From: a virus
Lineage: Duplodnaviria > Caudoviricetes
DNA length: 64,000 bases
Direction: 5' to 3' (one strand)
IMG/VR virus record: IMGVR_UViG_3300008262_003210
In this document: positions 17,456 to 26,464 of the stretch, piece by piece
Position numbering within the stretch: the stretch's first letter is position 1
How the letters are laid out: the number at the start of each line of letters is the position of its first letter
Notes under the pieces: generated by a model
Told to the model about the DNA's origin: nothing
The model's input: only the letters and a program-made list of their open reading frames with translations
Database searches by the model: none
Position numbers and translations under genes: made by a program

Positions 17456-18267
17456 AAATTTGATTGATCCAATTCTATTTTAATAGTGTCTTGATGGCCG
17501 CAACTGTCGCAAACAATAGATTTTTCAGGCGGTGTCCAACTGTCTTTCATTTTGTCTGCGTGACTATTAAGAGATTCTGTAACATGCACATCTGTGTTTG
17601 TTATCCATTCTTTAATGAATTGCGGATCTGTAACAATTTCAGATCCTATGCTTACACTTTCTATACCTGCACTTGCAATGTCTAATTTTAATAAAGTTAA
17701 ATCTTCTAATATATCTTTGTTTGTTTTAGCACGTTCGGCATCATCTAATATACTTTGTATTTGAATTACTTTTCTTTGTAGTTCAAAATTTCTAAGAGCA
17801 AAACTAGTTGATTGCTTGTAGGTCATGGGCCGTAATGTAACTGTTAGGTCGTGTACTTTAAAACTATTGTTGTAACGACATTGTGAATAAAATTCGATAA
17901 TATCTGACAAATTGATTGTATATGTGTTTTCTGCGCCGCAAGAAGAACACGCTCTTGTTGCTTCTAAAGTATTACCATAAGTGGCAATTCTAATAGCAGA
18001 CAGTAAAATATCCATATCTAACATGGAAATATCCCACGGATCTACAATATTAGGACAACAACTGGCAATAACTCTTGCAGTACTTTCTCCAGATAGCAGA
18101 GCATCGGCAGTTTTCAGCAGAATCTCGTCCATGCCAGTCATACCATAAATTGGTAATTTAGTAACATCACCTTCTATACTGCCTTTATGGTTATAAATTC
18201 CTTGACTAGGCAAACTGATAAAAATTTTAGGCTGTCTAAAATATTTTTGTAATGGGTTGGCAGACAT
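17440..18267 (-). CDS. gp26: Baseplate hub assembly / tail chaperone, T4 gp26-like
   Basis: NPLQKYFRQPKIFISLPSQG, PIYGMTGMDEILLK, DMDILLSAIRIATYG, two CxxC pairs (CSSC, CDSC). Confidence 0.75.
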   Translation of the reverse strand: MSANPLQKYFRQPKIFISLPSQGIYNHKGSIEGDVTKLPIYGMTGMDEILLKTADALLSGESTARVIASCCPNIVDPWDISMLDMDILLSAIRIATYGNTLEATRACSSCGAENTYTINLSDIIEFYSQCRYNNSFKVHDLTVTLRPMTYKQSTSFALRNFELQRKVIQIQSILDDAERAKTNKDILEDLTLLKLDIASAGIESVSIGSEIVTDPQFIKEWITNTDVHVTESLNSHADKMKDSWTPPEKSIVCDSCGHQDTIKIELDQSNFFVGA

Positions 18268-18278
18268 GTTTTACTCCA

Positions 18279-18286
18279 GATAAATA
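18279..18286 (+). promoter_or_regulatory. Late promoter box (GATAAATA) for the tape-measure/portal operon
   Basis: In the 63-nt divergent gap; SD GAGG before 18331. Confidence 0.6.
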
Positions 18287-18298
18287 TTAGTTATAGTG

Positions 18299-18306
18299 TA
18301 TTTATA
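18299..18306 (-). promoter_or_regulatory. Late promoter box (TATAAATA) for the gp26-like gene
   Basis: Perfect T4 late consensus on the minus strand; SD GGAG before the ATG at 18267. Confidence 0.75.
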
Positions 18307-18330
18307 TACGCATATTTCGAGGAAAAATAA

Positions 18331-20376
18331 ATGGTAGATCGCGCAGCCGCACAAATGATAGGCGAAGAAGTAGCCAACTCTTTGAAAAGAACCGGATTTG
18401 CTTCAGGTAGTATGACTGGGCAAGCCATGCGTGACCAAGCATGGACTGGCATTACTAATGCTGGCTCAGCTCTTGGAAAAGTAAGCACAGGCGCTATGGA
18501 TTTTAAAGGCGTCATAGAACAAGTTACAAAAACTTTTGGTATTTTTGGTGGTGTTGGTGACGTTTTAGGAACTGTGTTCAGCGGAACAATTAATCATCTC
18601 AAAGACATGAACGATGCTATGTTACTTTCAGCTCGTTCAGGAGTCTCATTTAATCAAAATTTATTCAATTATACAAAAAGTCTAGCAGATGCTGGTATTA
18701 GTTTTGAAAACTTTAACAAACTGATAAGCACCGCAGGCAAGCAAATATTTGGATCAGGATTAAACGCTCAACACTCGGCCGATATATTTTTAAATGTCAG
18801 CAAATCATTGATGGAATCTAGAAATGTACTAACAATGAACATGATGGGTATTGATATGACCGAATTTCAAGATCAAATAGCCATTACTACAGATTTATTC
18901 AAAGGGTTAGATCGCACAAGATATGATGTGAATAAACTTATAGTAGAATCTACAATAGCTGCCGCTGTTGAAATAGACAACATGGCTAGACTTACTGGAC
19001 GAAGTAGACAAGAAATACAAAAAGATCTTGACCAACAGCAAAGTTCAAAACTGACTAGGATGGCCAGACAGTCCTTAGACGGCAAACAATTGGAAAATCT
19101 CAACCGAATGGGACCAATGTTAGCACAGTTACCAGAAGGTATGAGTGATGTATATGTACAACTGATGAGATTTAAAAATACTGTAACTAAAGATGCAACT
19201 GAACAGTTAAAAGCAATGGATATGGTAGCGCCAGGAACAGAAAGACTCATGAGACAAATGGCAAATACCAAAGACGAAAAAGAGCTAGAACGTCTAAAAT
19301 CTGAATTTCAATTTTTGTATGCTAAAGGTATGGCAGACGCCCAAGCTAAAGGTACGTTTGATATTATGCCAACAATCCAAAACGGAATTGCTAAAGGTAT
19401 AACAGAAAATATGGCAGGCGGTAAATCTAACTATGGAATGTCTCTTAGCCAAATGTATAGAGATTCAGGCGGAAACTACGAAAAATTCTTAGAGTTAGAG
19501 CAGTCTGCTGCCAGATTTCGAGCAGATATGCAAAAGAATATTGGACTTACTAATCAAGCAGGTGGTTCTGGCGCCGTAGTGAGCCAGATACTACAACTTT
19601 TTGATCGTTCTCTTAAATTAGGTCCGCAGGCCGTAGCTGCTTTTATGAAGAGTTTTGAAGACACATTAGGTGAAAAATTAACTGGTGTTGATTCGCAAGG
19701 TATGATGGGCAAAATCTTAGACTTACAAAACATGACTCCTGAACGGGCAAAAGAAATTTATAATAAATTAATTCCAAGTACAGCAGTTGATCTTGATAAA
19801 GGACGCAAAGAAGGCAATGTTCCAACAGACATGCCAGAACGATACGGAGTTGCTGCCGATAAACCTTTGCATGTTAGTGTAACTAATTTTCCTCCACTAA
19901 CACCAGCTGATCAATCTAATTCAACTGACCCAAATAGAAGAAGAGCAGGTGGTTCTTTAAACGCCACCGGATCAACCAAAATAGACAAATGGTTTGAAAA
20001 TTTTGACGGTATGGAGTATATACTTGACAACGATGAAAGTGTTGTTAGGAGAGATCAAAGTGTAGCTTTTGCTATAGATGCGCTAACACAAAATGGAATG
20101 TTGCCAGCTATGGCAGCAGGTTTACGAGCAGCAGCAAATACATCTGGCTCAAACGACGATGCTTTAAGAGAACTAACTAGTGTTATTTCTTCGCTACCAA
20201 GCCAACTTGTTCCATCAAATTTAGCCGGTGTAACACAGCCAAACGAAGACAAAGAAATATTAGCACAGTTGCTAGATAGATTAAATACTAAGATGGATAC
20301 ACTTATTAATACTGTCGAAGACGGGTCTAAAGGAACTGTTAGAGCAGTTAGAAGCCAAAATAATCTAATTGGCTAA
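18331..20376 (+). CDS. Putative tape-measure / gp29-like protein
   Basis: 681 aa, Met/Ala/Gly-rich helical sequence; C-terminal RRRAGGSLNATG...FENF motif; divergent from the tail chaperone and upstream of the portal. Confidence 0.55.
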   Translation: MVDRAAAQMIGEEVANSLKRTGFASGSMTGQAMRDQAWTGITNAGSALGKVSTGAMDFKGVIEQVTKTFGIFGGVGDVLGTVFSGTINHLKDMNDAMLLSARSGVSFNQNLFNYTKSLADAGISFENFNKLISTAGKQIFGSGLNAQHSADIFLNVSKSLMESRNVLTMNMMGIDMTEFQDQIAITTDLFKGLDRTRYDVNKLIVESTIAAAVEIDNMARLTGRSRQEIQKDLDQQQSSKLTRMARQSLDGKQLENLNRMGPMLAQLPEGMSDVYVQLMRFKNTVTKDATEQLKAMDMVAPGTERLMRQMANTKDEKELERLKSEFQFLYAKGMADAQAKGTFDIMPTIQNGIAKGITENMAGGKSNYGMSLSQMYRDSGGNYEKFLELEQSAARFRADMQKNIGLTNQAGGSGAVVSQILQLFDRSLKLGPQAVAAFMKSFEDTLGEKLTGVDSQGMMGKILDLQNMTPERAKEIYNKLIPSTAVDLDKGRKEGNVPTDMPERYGVAADKPLHVSVTNFPPLTPADQSNSTDPNRRRAGGSLNATGSTKIDKWFENFDGMEYILDNDESVVRRDQSVAFAIDALTQNGMLPAMAAGLRAAANTSGSNDDALRELTSVISSLPSQLVPSNLAGVTQPNEDKEILAQLLDRLNTKMDTLINTVEDGSKGTVRAVRSQNNLIG

Positions 20377-20385
20377 GGATCGTAC

Positions 20386-22119
20386 ATGAGTTGGAAAAAA
20401 TATTTTACGCCTGTACCGGTTAGTGGTGCAAGTCTTAGCCCTATTAATACTGGGAGCCAAAGTCGCGCAGGCCCGGCACGTACTAACTACAGCAGTTTTC
20501 TGCCAGACGTTTATACAGGCAGTCCAAATCGTGTTGAACGCTATCAACAGTACGAAGTTATGGACAGCGATCCGGAAGTCAATGCTGCCCTAGACATTCT
20601 AGCAGAATTTACAACTCAGAAACTTAAAGACGGAAAAACACCATTTACTGTTCAATGGCGCCACAAAGCTACCAATGCAGAAGTTCGTATTCTCAGCGAG
20701 TACATGCAACAATGGTGTAAGTTAAACAAATTTGATACACGCATTTTCCGTATCATGCGTAACACATTTAAATATGGTGATGCATTTTTCATTAGAGATC
20801 CTGAAACACAAAAATGGCACTATATTGATCCAAGCAAAATTGTAAAAGTTATTGTAAACGAAAGCGAAGGCAAAAAACCAGAGCAGTATGTTGTTAAAGA
20901 TCTTGCGCCTAACTTTATGGATCTAGTAGTAACACAAATTACTCCTAATATTAATCCAAGACAAGGTTCAGGCGGACTAAGCGGCTCAGGTGGTTACGGC
21001 GCTATTGGCGGACAAACAAGTAAACCAAGTTCTGCAAACGGCAGTAGATTTGGAGTAACTGAAACTGAATTTGCTATTGGAGCAGAACATGTAGTTCATT
21101 TGTCTTTATCTGAAGGTTTAGACAATAATTTTCCGTTTGGTAACAGTTTACTAGAAAACATTTTTAAAGTCTACAAGCAAAAAGAATTGCTTGAAGATGC
21201 TATTCTTATCTATCGTATACAACGTGCTCCGGAGCGCAGAGTATTCCATATTGACGTGGGTAACATGCCCAGTCATATGGCCATGGCCTTTGTTGAAAGG
21301 GTTAAAAATGAAATTCATCAAAGACGCATTCCTAGTCAAACAGGTGGCGGACAGAATGTTATTGATAGTGCATACAATCCGTTATCAATTAACGAAGATT
21401 ACTTCTTTCCTCAAACAGCAGAAGGACGAGGAAGCAAAGTTGAAACACTTCCAGGCGGTACAAATCTTGGTGAAATTGATGATTTAAAGTATTTTACCAA
21501 TAAATTATTCCGTGGTTTAAGAATCCCATCAAGCTATCTGCCAACAGGTGCAGACGATAGTCAAGCATCATATAATGACGGCCGCGTTGGCACAGCATAC
21601 ATTCAAGAACTGCGTTTTAACAAGTATTGTGAGCGGTTACAATCGCTGGTAACATCGGTTATTGACGAAGAATTCAAGCTGTATATGTACTCAAAAGGTG
21701 CAAATATTGACGCTAATTTGTTTGAATTAAAGTTTAATCCGCCACTTAATTTTGCAAGTAGCCGCCAAGCAACAATGGATACAGAGCGTATCAATACGTT
21801 TAATACTGTACAAGCATTGCCATTTATTAGTAAACGTTTTGCTATGAAACGTTACTTAAACTTAACAGACGAAGAAATTGCAGACAACGAACGCATGTGG
21901 GCAGAAGAAAACGGTAAAGGACTTCCAACTTATACTGATGCTGCAGGAGAATTGCGTAGCGCAGGACTTAATGCTGCTGGTATTGAAGGAGACTTGGGCA
22001 TGGCAGGCGATTTATCAGCGCCAGACGGCATCGAAGGTGATTTAAGCCCAGATGCAGCCGCTCCTGGAGGAGCTCCAATGCCAGTGGCCGGTGCACCAGT
22101 TGGCGCTCCAACTGTATAA
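20386..22119 (+). CDS. gp20: Portal vertex protein gp20
   Basis: EDAILIYRIQRAPERRVFHIDVGNMP, EDYFFP...GRGSKVETLPGGTNLGEIDDLKYF. Confidence 0.95.
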   Translation: MSWKKYFTPVPVSGASLSPINTGSQSRAGPARTNYSSFLPDVYTGSPNRVERYQQYEVMDSDPEVNAALDILAEFTTQKLKDGKTPFTVQWRHKATNAEVRILSEYMQQWCKLNKFDTRIFRIMRNTFKYGDAFFIRDPETQKWHYIDPSKIVKVIVNESEGKKPEQYVVKDLAPNFMDLVVTQITPNINPRQGSGGLSGSGGYGAIGGQTSKPSSANGSRFGVTETEFAIGAEHVVHLSLSEGLDNNFPFGNSLLENIFKVYKQKELLEDAILIYRIQRAPERRVFHIDVGNMPSHMAMAFVERVKNEIHQRRIPSQTGGGQNVIDSAYNPLSINEDYFFPQTAEGRGSKVETLPGGTNLGEIDDLKYFTNKLFRGLRIPSSYLPTGADDSQASYNDGRVGTAYIQELRFNKYCERLQSLVTSVIDEEFKLYMYSKGANIDANLFELKFNPPLNFASSRQATMDTERINTFNTVQALPFISKRFAMKRYLNLTDEEIADNERMWAEENGKGLPTYTDAAGELRSAGLNAAGIEGDLGMAGDLSAPDGIEGDLSPDAAAPGGAPMPVAGAPVGAPTV

Positions 22120-22122
22120 ATA
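22115..22122 (+). promoter_or_regulatory. Late promoter box (TATAAATA), likely leaderless transcript
   Basis: Overlaps the portal stop codon; 5 nt before the ATG at 22128; no SD. Confidence 0.75.
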
Positions 22123-22127
22123 TTAAT

Positions 22128-22367
22128 ATGATTTTACGCGAATTATTTTATATTGATCCTGATACACGACGTACAGCTAACGATCTTCGTTATGATGCTG
22201 ACCGTGACACTACCACATTACATCGCGATGATACTAGAAAAACACGTCTTACTCTCCGACAAATAAATGAATTACGCAAATCTAGTGAAGCACACATCCT
22301 AGAACAAGAACGAGAACTACAGTTTATTAATGACATGTATCAGTTGCCATTAGAGCAACCAGCATAA
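22128..22367 (+). CDS. Small head-module protein (position of T4 gp67/68)
   Basis: 79 aa, MILRELFY...DTRKTRLTLRQINELRK; between the portal and the acidic core protein. Confidence 0.6.
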   Translation: MILRELFYIDPDTRRTANDLRYDADRDTTTLHRDDTRKTRLTLRQINELRKSSEAHILEQERELQFINDMYQLPLEQPA

Positions 22368-22370
22368 ATA
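22363..22370 (+). promoter_or_regulatory. Late promoter box (CATAAATA)
   Basis: Overlaps the stop of the 22128 ORF. Confidence 0.45.
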
Positions 22371-22443
22371 TCCAACTAAAATTGAAAAAAACCTACAAAA
22401 TGGCCTATTTTTAGGCTATTATAACTTGGTTTTCTAATTAATA

Positions 22444-22451
22444 TGTAAATA
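22444..22451 (+). promoter_or_regulatory. Late promoter box (TGTAAATA)
   Basis: Upstream of AGGAG SD and the ATG at 22491. Confidence 0.55.
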
Positions 22452-22490
22452 TAATACAGCCTTGTATAACCATCACAGGAGAATTTTAAC

Positions 22491-23369
22491 ATGACTGACC
22501 GAACACAATTTGAAGCCATGCTTGAGGCTTTGATCAACGAAGATCAAGAACAAGCAAAAGAGATTTTCCACAACATCGTAGTTGCAAAATCTCGTGAAAT
22601 TTACGAAGAATTATTAAGCGAAGACTTTGACGCTAAAGACGACGAAGACGAGAAGCACGACGGTGTTGACGAAGCGTTTGGCGAAGAAGACAGCGAAGAC
22701 GACAGCGAAGAACCAGCTGACGACATGGAAGGCGATGATGCTGAAGATGATGCTGAAGACGACGACATGGGAGATGACGACGTTGGTGGCGATGCTACTG
22801 ATGACTTGATTGGCGACGTTTCTGACGAAGAAGGCTCAATGTCTGACGAAGAGCAATCAGATCGTATTCTTGATTTAGAAGACGCTCTAGAAGAATTAAA
22901 AGCAGAATTTGAACAACTAATGGCTGACGAAGGTGACGAAGGCAGCGAAGAAATGCCAATGGACGGCATGGATGCTGGCGCAGACATGATGGGCGGAGAT
23001 GAGCCTATGATGGGTGCTGATGCTGGCGAGCAAGATGAATTAGCAAAATTCATGGAATATGTTGACAAAGTAGCACTTCCAAAGCACGGCGATAATGGTG
23101 CAAACACCAAATCAATCGTAGCTGGTAAGAACAACATGGGCGGCACAACAGCTAATATTGCCAAGAGCTTTTCAACAGAAAAGGGCGGCACACAAGGCGG
23201 TTTGCTAAATCCTAGCACTAAGGAAGAAAACTTTGGTAATGTAAACGTTCCAGGCGGCAACGCAGGCAAGACAGCTTTCAAGAAGAAAGAACCTGGCCAC
23301 GGTGCTGAGAAGAAAGGTGCCGGCGAAAATGCTGACAACAAGTCATCATTAATTGGCTCACGTAAGTAA
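22491..23369 (+). CDS. Highly acidic prohead core/scaffold-associated protein (gp67-like)
   Basis: D/E/M-rich low-complexity centre, LEDALEELKAEFEQL helix, basic C-terminus; directly before the prohead protease. Confidence 0.6.
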   Translation: MTDRTQFEAMLEALINEDQEQAKEIFHNIVVAKSREIYEELLSEDFDAKDDEDEKHDGVDEAFGEEDSEDDSEEPADDMEGDDAEDDAEDDDMGDDDVGGDATDDLIGDVSDEEGSMSDEEQSDRILDLEDALEELKAEFEQLMADEGDEGSEEMPMDGMDAGADMMGGDEPMMGADAGEQDELAKFMEYVDKVALPKHGDNGANTKSIVAGKNNMGGTTANIAKSFSTEKGGTQGGLLNPSTKEENFGNVNVPGGNAGKTAFKKKEPGHGAEKKGAGENADNKSSLIGSRK

Positions 23370-23390
23370 TTAGACGAGACTATTAAAAAT

Positions 23391-24020
23391 ATGTCTTTAT
23401 ACCTCCGAGAGAATCTCAGTTTCAACGAAGCCAAAATGATCGTTGAGTCTGATGACAAAGATGGGAAAAACTTATACATGTCCGGGATTTGTATCCAGGG
23501 CGGTATAAGAAACGCTAACCAGCGTGTTTACCCTGTGAATGAGATTGGCAAGGCTGTCAAAACCCTGAACGATCAGATTCAAAACGGTTATTCAGTTCTC
23601 GGAGAAGTGGATCATCCAGATGATCTAAAAATTAATTTGGATCGCGTCAGTCACATGATAGTAAACATGTGGATGGACGGTCCAAATGGTTACGGGAAGT
23701 TGAAAATACTTCCTACCCCTATGGGACAACTAATTCGCACTATGCTGGAAAGCGGCGTGAAATTAGGAGTTAGTTCACGCGGATCCGGAAACGTCAAAGA
23801 TGACGGTTCCGGTGAAGTATCAGATTTTGAGATTATCACAGTAGATATGGTAGCTCAACCTAGTGCTCCTGGAGCATATCCAACACCAATTTATGAACAC
23901 TTGATGAACAGTCGCGGTGGTCTTAATGCCTTACGCATAGCGCAAGAGGTCAAGGGTGATCCAAAAGCACAAAAATATCTCAAAGAGAGCTTATTAGGTA
24001 TAATAAGCAGACTCCAATAA
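23391..24020 (+). CDS. gp21: Prohead protease gp21
   Basis: NANQRVYP, LGEVDHP, GVSSRGSG, DMVAQPSAPGAY. Confidence 0.95.
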   Translation: MSLYLRENLSFNEAKMIVESDDKDGKNLYMSGICIQGGIRNANQRVYPVNEIGKAVKTLNDQIQNGYSVLGEVDHPDDLKINLDRVSHMIVNMWMDGPNGYGKLKILPTPMGQLIRTMLESGVKLGVSSRGSGNVKDDGSGEVSDFEIITVDMVAQPSAPGAYPTPIYEHLMNSRGGLNALRIAQEVKGDPKAQKYLKESLLGIISRLQ

Positions 24021-24033
24021 CAAGGAGAATCAC

Positions 24034-25140
24034 ATGTTGGATGCACTAAAAACGCTATTTGAAAATAATGTGATTTCTGAGGAGATCAAAGTATCAATTG
24101 AGCAAGCATGGGAACAGCGTATCGCTGAAAACCGTGAAGAAGTTGCTCATACACTACGCGAAGAATTTGCTCAAAAATATGAGCATGACAAGCAATCAAT
24201 GATTGAAGCAGTTGATCGTATGATCACTGACCAACTATCACAAGAGCTTGTTGAGTTTGCTGACGATCGTAAGCAACTTGCGGAAATGAAGGCTCGTTAT
24301 GCTGTTAAGATGAAAGAACATACTGACACAGTAGCAAAATTTGTTACTAGTCAGTTAGCTTCAGAAGTCAAAGAGCTACACGAGGATCAAGTCGCAATGG
24401 CTGAGAAATTTGGCGATCTAGAAAAATTCGTAGTTGAGGCTTTGGCTGAAGAAATCGCAGAGTTTTACAAAGACAAGCAGGACTTGGCAGAAACCAAGGT
24501 ACGTTTAGTTCGCGAAGGACGCGAACAACTCGGTAAAGTAAAACAACAATTTGTAACCCGTGCCGCTAAGATGGTCGAAGGTCTTGTAACTAACGGTTTA
24601 AAAACCGAAATTACAGCTCTTAAAGAAGACATTGAAGCAGCTCGTCGTGCAGATTTTGGACGTAAACTATTCGAGGCTTTTGCCGCAGAATATAGCACAA
24701 GTTACTTGAATGAGAAATCAGAAACTGCAAAATTACTCAGGGTCATAGACATGAAAGATGTTGCTGTTCAAGAAGCCGCTAACGCTATTGAAGAAGCACA
24801 GCGTATCGTAGAAAGTAAAGAAGCAGAGATTGCGAAACTAAAAGAATCGCAAGCGAGAAAAGAAATCATGAATGAGTTACTTGCTCCACTTAACAGTAAG
24901 CAACGCGAAATCATGGGTGAGTTAATGGAGGGTGTGAAGACTACTCGTCTAAACGAAAGTTTTGAAAAGTATCTTCCAGCAGTTCTTAATGGAAATGTTA
25001 GAGCCCCGCAGAAGAAACAGGCACTTGTAGAGGCTAAAGAAATTACAGGTAATAAGGAAATAATTACCAACGCAAATCGTAGCGGCGAGGAAGATTCAAA
25101 TATTATTGATATCCGTCGCCTCGCTGGACTAAAAATTTAA
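24034..25140 (+). CDS. gp22: Prohead scaffold protein gp22-like
   Basis: Long acidic coiled coil between protease and major capsid gene. Confidence 0.8.
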   Translation: MLDALKTLFENNVISEEIKVSIEQAWEQRIAENREEVAHTLREEFAQKYEHDKQSMIEAVDRMITDQLSQELVEFADDRKQLAEMKARYAVKMKEHTDTVAKFVTSQLASEVKELHEDQVAMAEKFGDLEKFVVEALAEEIAEFYKDKQDLAETKVRLVREGREQLGKVKQQFVTRAAKMVEGLVTNGLKTEITALKEDIEAARRADFGRKLFEAFAAEYSTSYLNEKSETAKLLRVIDMKDVAVQEAANAIEEAQRIVESKEAEIAKLKESQARKEIMNELLAPLNSKQREIMGELMEGVKTTRLNESFEKYLPAVLNGNVRAPQKKQALVEAKEITGNKEIITNANRSGEEDSNIIDIRRLAGLKI

Positions 25141-25151
25141 GGAGAAATTAA

Positions 25152-26312
25152 ATGTCTGAACTACTAAACGGCCGTTGGGCAGAGACCAAAGAGGCACTAC
25201 TTGAAGGCCTACAAGGTACCAAGCGTAGTGTAATGGGTGTAACTTTAGAAAATACTCGCAAGTATTTGACTGAGAGCCCAACTGCAGGTGCTACTTCTGC
25301 CGGCAACGTCGCAACTTTAAACCGCGTGATCCTACCAGTGATCCGTCGTGTTATGCCAACAGTTATCGCTAACGAGTTGGTCGGTGTACAACCAATGACT
25401 GGACCAGTTGGTCAAATTCACACTTTACGTGTTCGCTATGCAGATAGCAGCACTGGTGTTACAGCTGGTGAAGAGGCATTAAGCCCATTCAAGATTGCTG
25501 AAGCTTACTCAGGTAATGAGGCAAGCCCAGCAAAAGCAGCAAGCACAGCAACCCTAGAAGGTCAAGCTGGTAAGCGTATGTCAATTCAAATCTTGAAACA
25601 AACTGTCGAGGCAAAAACTCGTAAGTTAAGCGCAAGATGGACATTCGAAGCTGCTCAAGATGCACAAGCCCAACAAGGTATTGACATCGAAGCAGAAGTT
25701 ATGGCTGCTTTAGCTCAAGAAATTACAGCTGAAATTGACCAAGAGATCCTAGCTTCATTGCTAAGTCTTGCTGGTACAGCAGTTGAGTCTTTTGACCAAA
25801 ACGCTGTTTCAGGTACAGCTACATTCGTTGGTGACGAGCATGCCGCATTGGCAGTTCAAATCAACCGTGTAAGCAACTTGATTGCTCAGCGTACACGTCG
25901 TGGTGCTGGTAACTGGGCCGTTGTAAGCCCATACGCTTTGACAATTCTACAAAGCGCAACAACATCAGCATTTGCACGTACAACAGAAGGTACATTCGAA
26001 GCTCCAACAAACACCAAGTTAGTTGGTACATTGAATAATGCAATGAAAGTGTATGTTAACACATACGCAACCGATACAACTGATATTCTTATTGGTTATA
26101 AAGGTTCAAGCGAAAGCGATGCAGCAGCATTCTACTGCCCATACATCCCATTGATGTCAAGCGGTGTTGTGTTAGATCCATCAACATTCGAACCAGTCGT
26201 ATCATTCATGACACGTTATGGTTATGTTGAGTTGACAAACACAGCTTCTTCTCTAGGTAACGCAGCTGACTACCTAGGTCGTATTAGCTTGTCAAACGTT
26301 TCTTTCAAGTAA
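25152..26312 (+). CDS. gp23: Major capsid protein gp23-like
   Basis: LVGVQPMTGPVGQIHTLR, VEAKTRKLSARWTFEAAQD, EIDQEI, FYCPYIPL, MTRYGY. Confidence 0.96.
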   Translation: MSELLNGRWAETKEALLEGLQGTKRSVMGVTLENTRKYLTESPTAGATSAGNVATLNRVILPVIRRVMPTVIANELVGVQPMTGPVGQIHTLRVRYADSSTGVTAGEEALSPFKIAEAYSGNEASPAKAASTATLEGQAGKRMSIQILKQTVEAKTRKLSARWTFEAAQDAQAQQGIDIEAEVMAALAQEITAEIDQEILASLLSLAGTAVESFDQNAVSGTATFVGDEHAALAVQINRVSNLIAQRTRRGAGNWAVVSPYALTILQSATTSAFARTTEGTFEAPTNTKLVGTLNNAMKVYVNTYATDTTDILIGYKGSSESDAAAFYCPYIPLMSSGVVLDPSTFEPVVSFMTRYGYVELTNTASSLGNAADYLGRISLSNVSFK

Positions 26313-26335
26313 TCAGTTACTTAGAGCAACAAATC

Positions 26336-26363
26336 AAAAAGGACTCTTCGGAGTCCTTTTTTT
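26336..26363 (+). terminator. Rho-independent terminator after the capsid gene (possibly bidirectional)
   Basis: AAAAAGGACTC-TTCG-GAGTCC-TTTTTTT. Confidence 0.92.
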
Positions 26364-26369
26364 ATCTCA

Positions 26370-26377
26370 GCTAAATA
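26370..26377 (+). promoter_or_regulatory. Late promoter box (GCTAAATA)
   Basis: Immediately after the terminator, preceding a structured leader. Confidence 0.55.
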
Positions 26378-26386
26378 CATAGTACG

Positions 26387-26443
26387 ACTTACATAGGGTA
26401 AGTTTTATGCGGAAATCCAACCGCGTATGGCCTAGAACGCCAT
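26387..26443 (+). promoter_or_regulatory. Structured 5' leader with three hairpins
   Basis: ACTTAC/GTAAGT, ATGCGG/CCGCGT and ATGGC/GCCAT stems back to back before SD AAGGAG. Confidence 0.5.
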
Positions 26444-26464
26444 TTTTCTTAAGGAGAAAACAAA

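Noticed and set aside
22400-22419. Hairpin ATGGCCTA-TTTT-TAGGCTAT as terminator
   Set aside because: No U tract on the + strand and a mismatch on the - strand; function unsupported.
22601-23479. 292-aa antisense ORF
   Set aside because: Ser-rich mirror of GAN-codon repeats in the acidic gene; no SD; shadow ORF.
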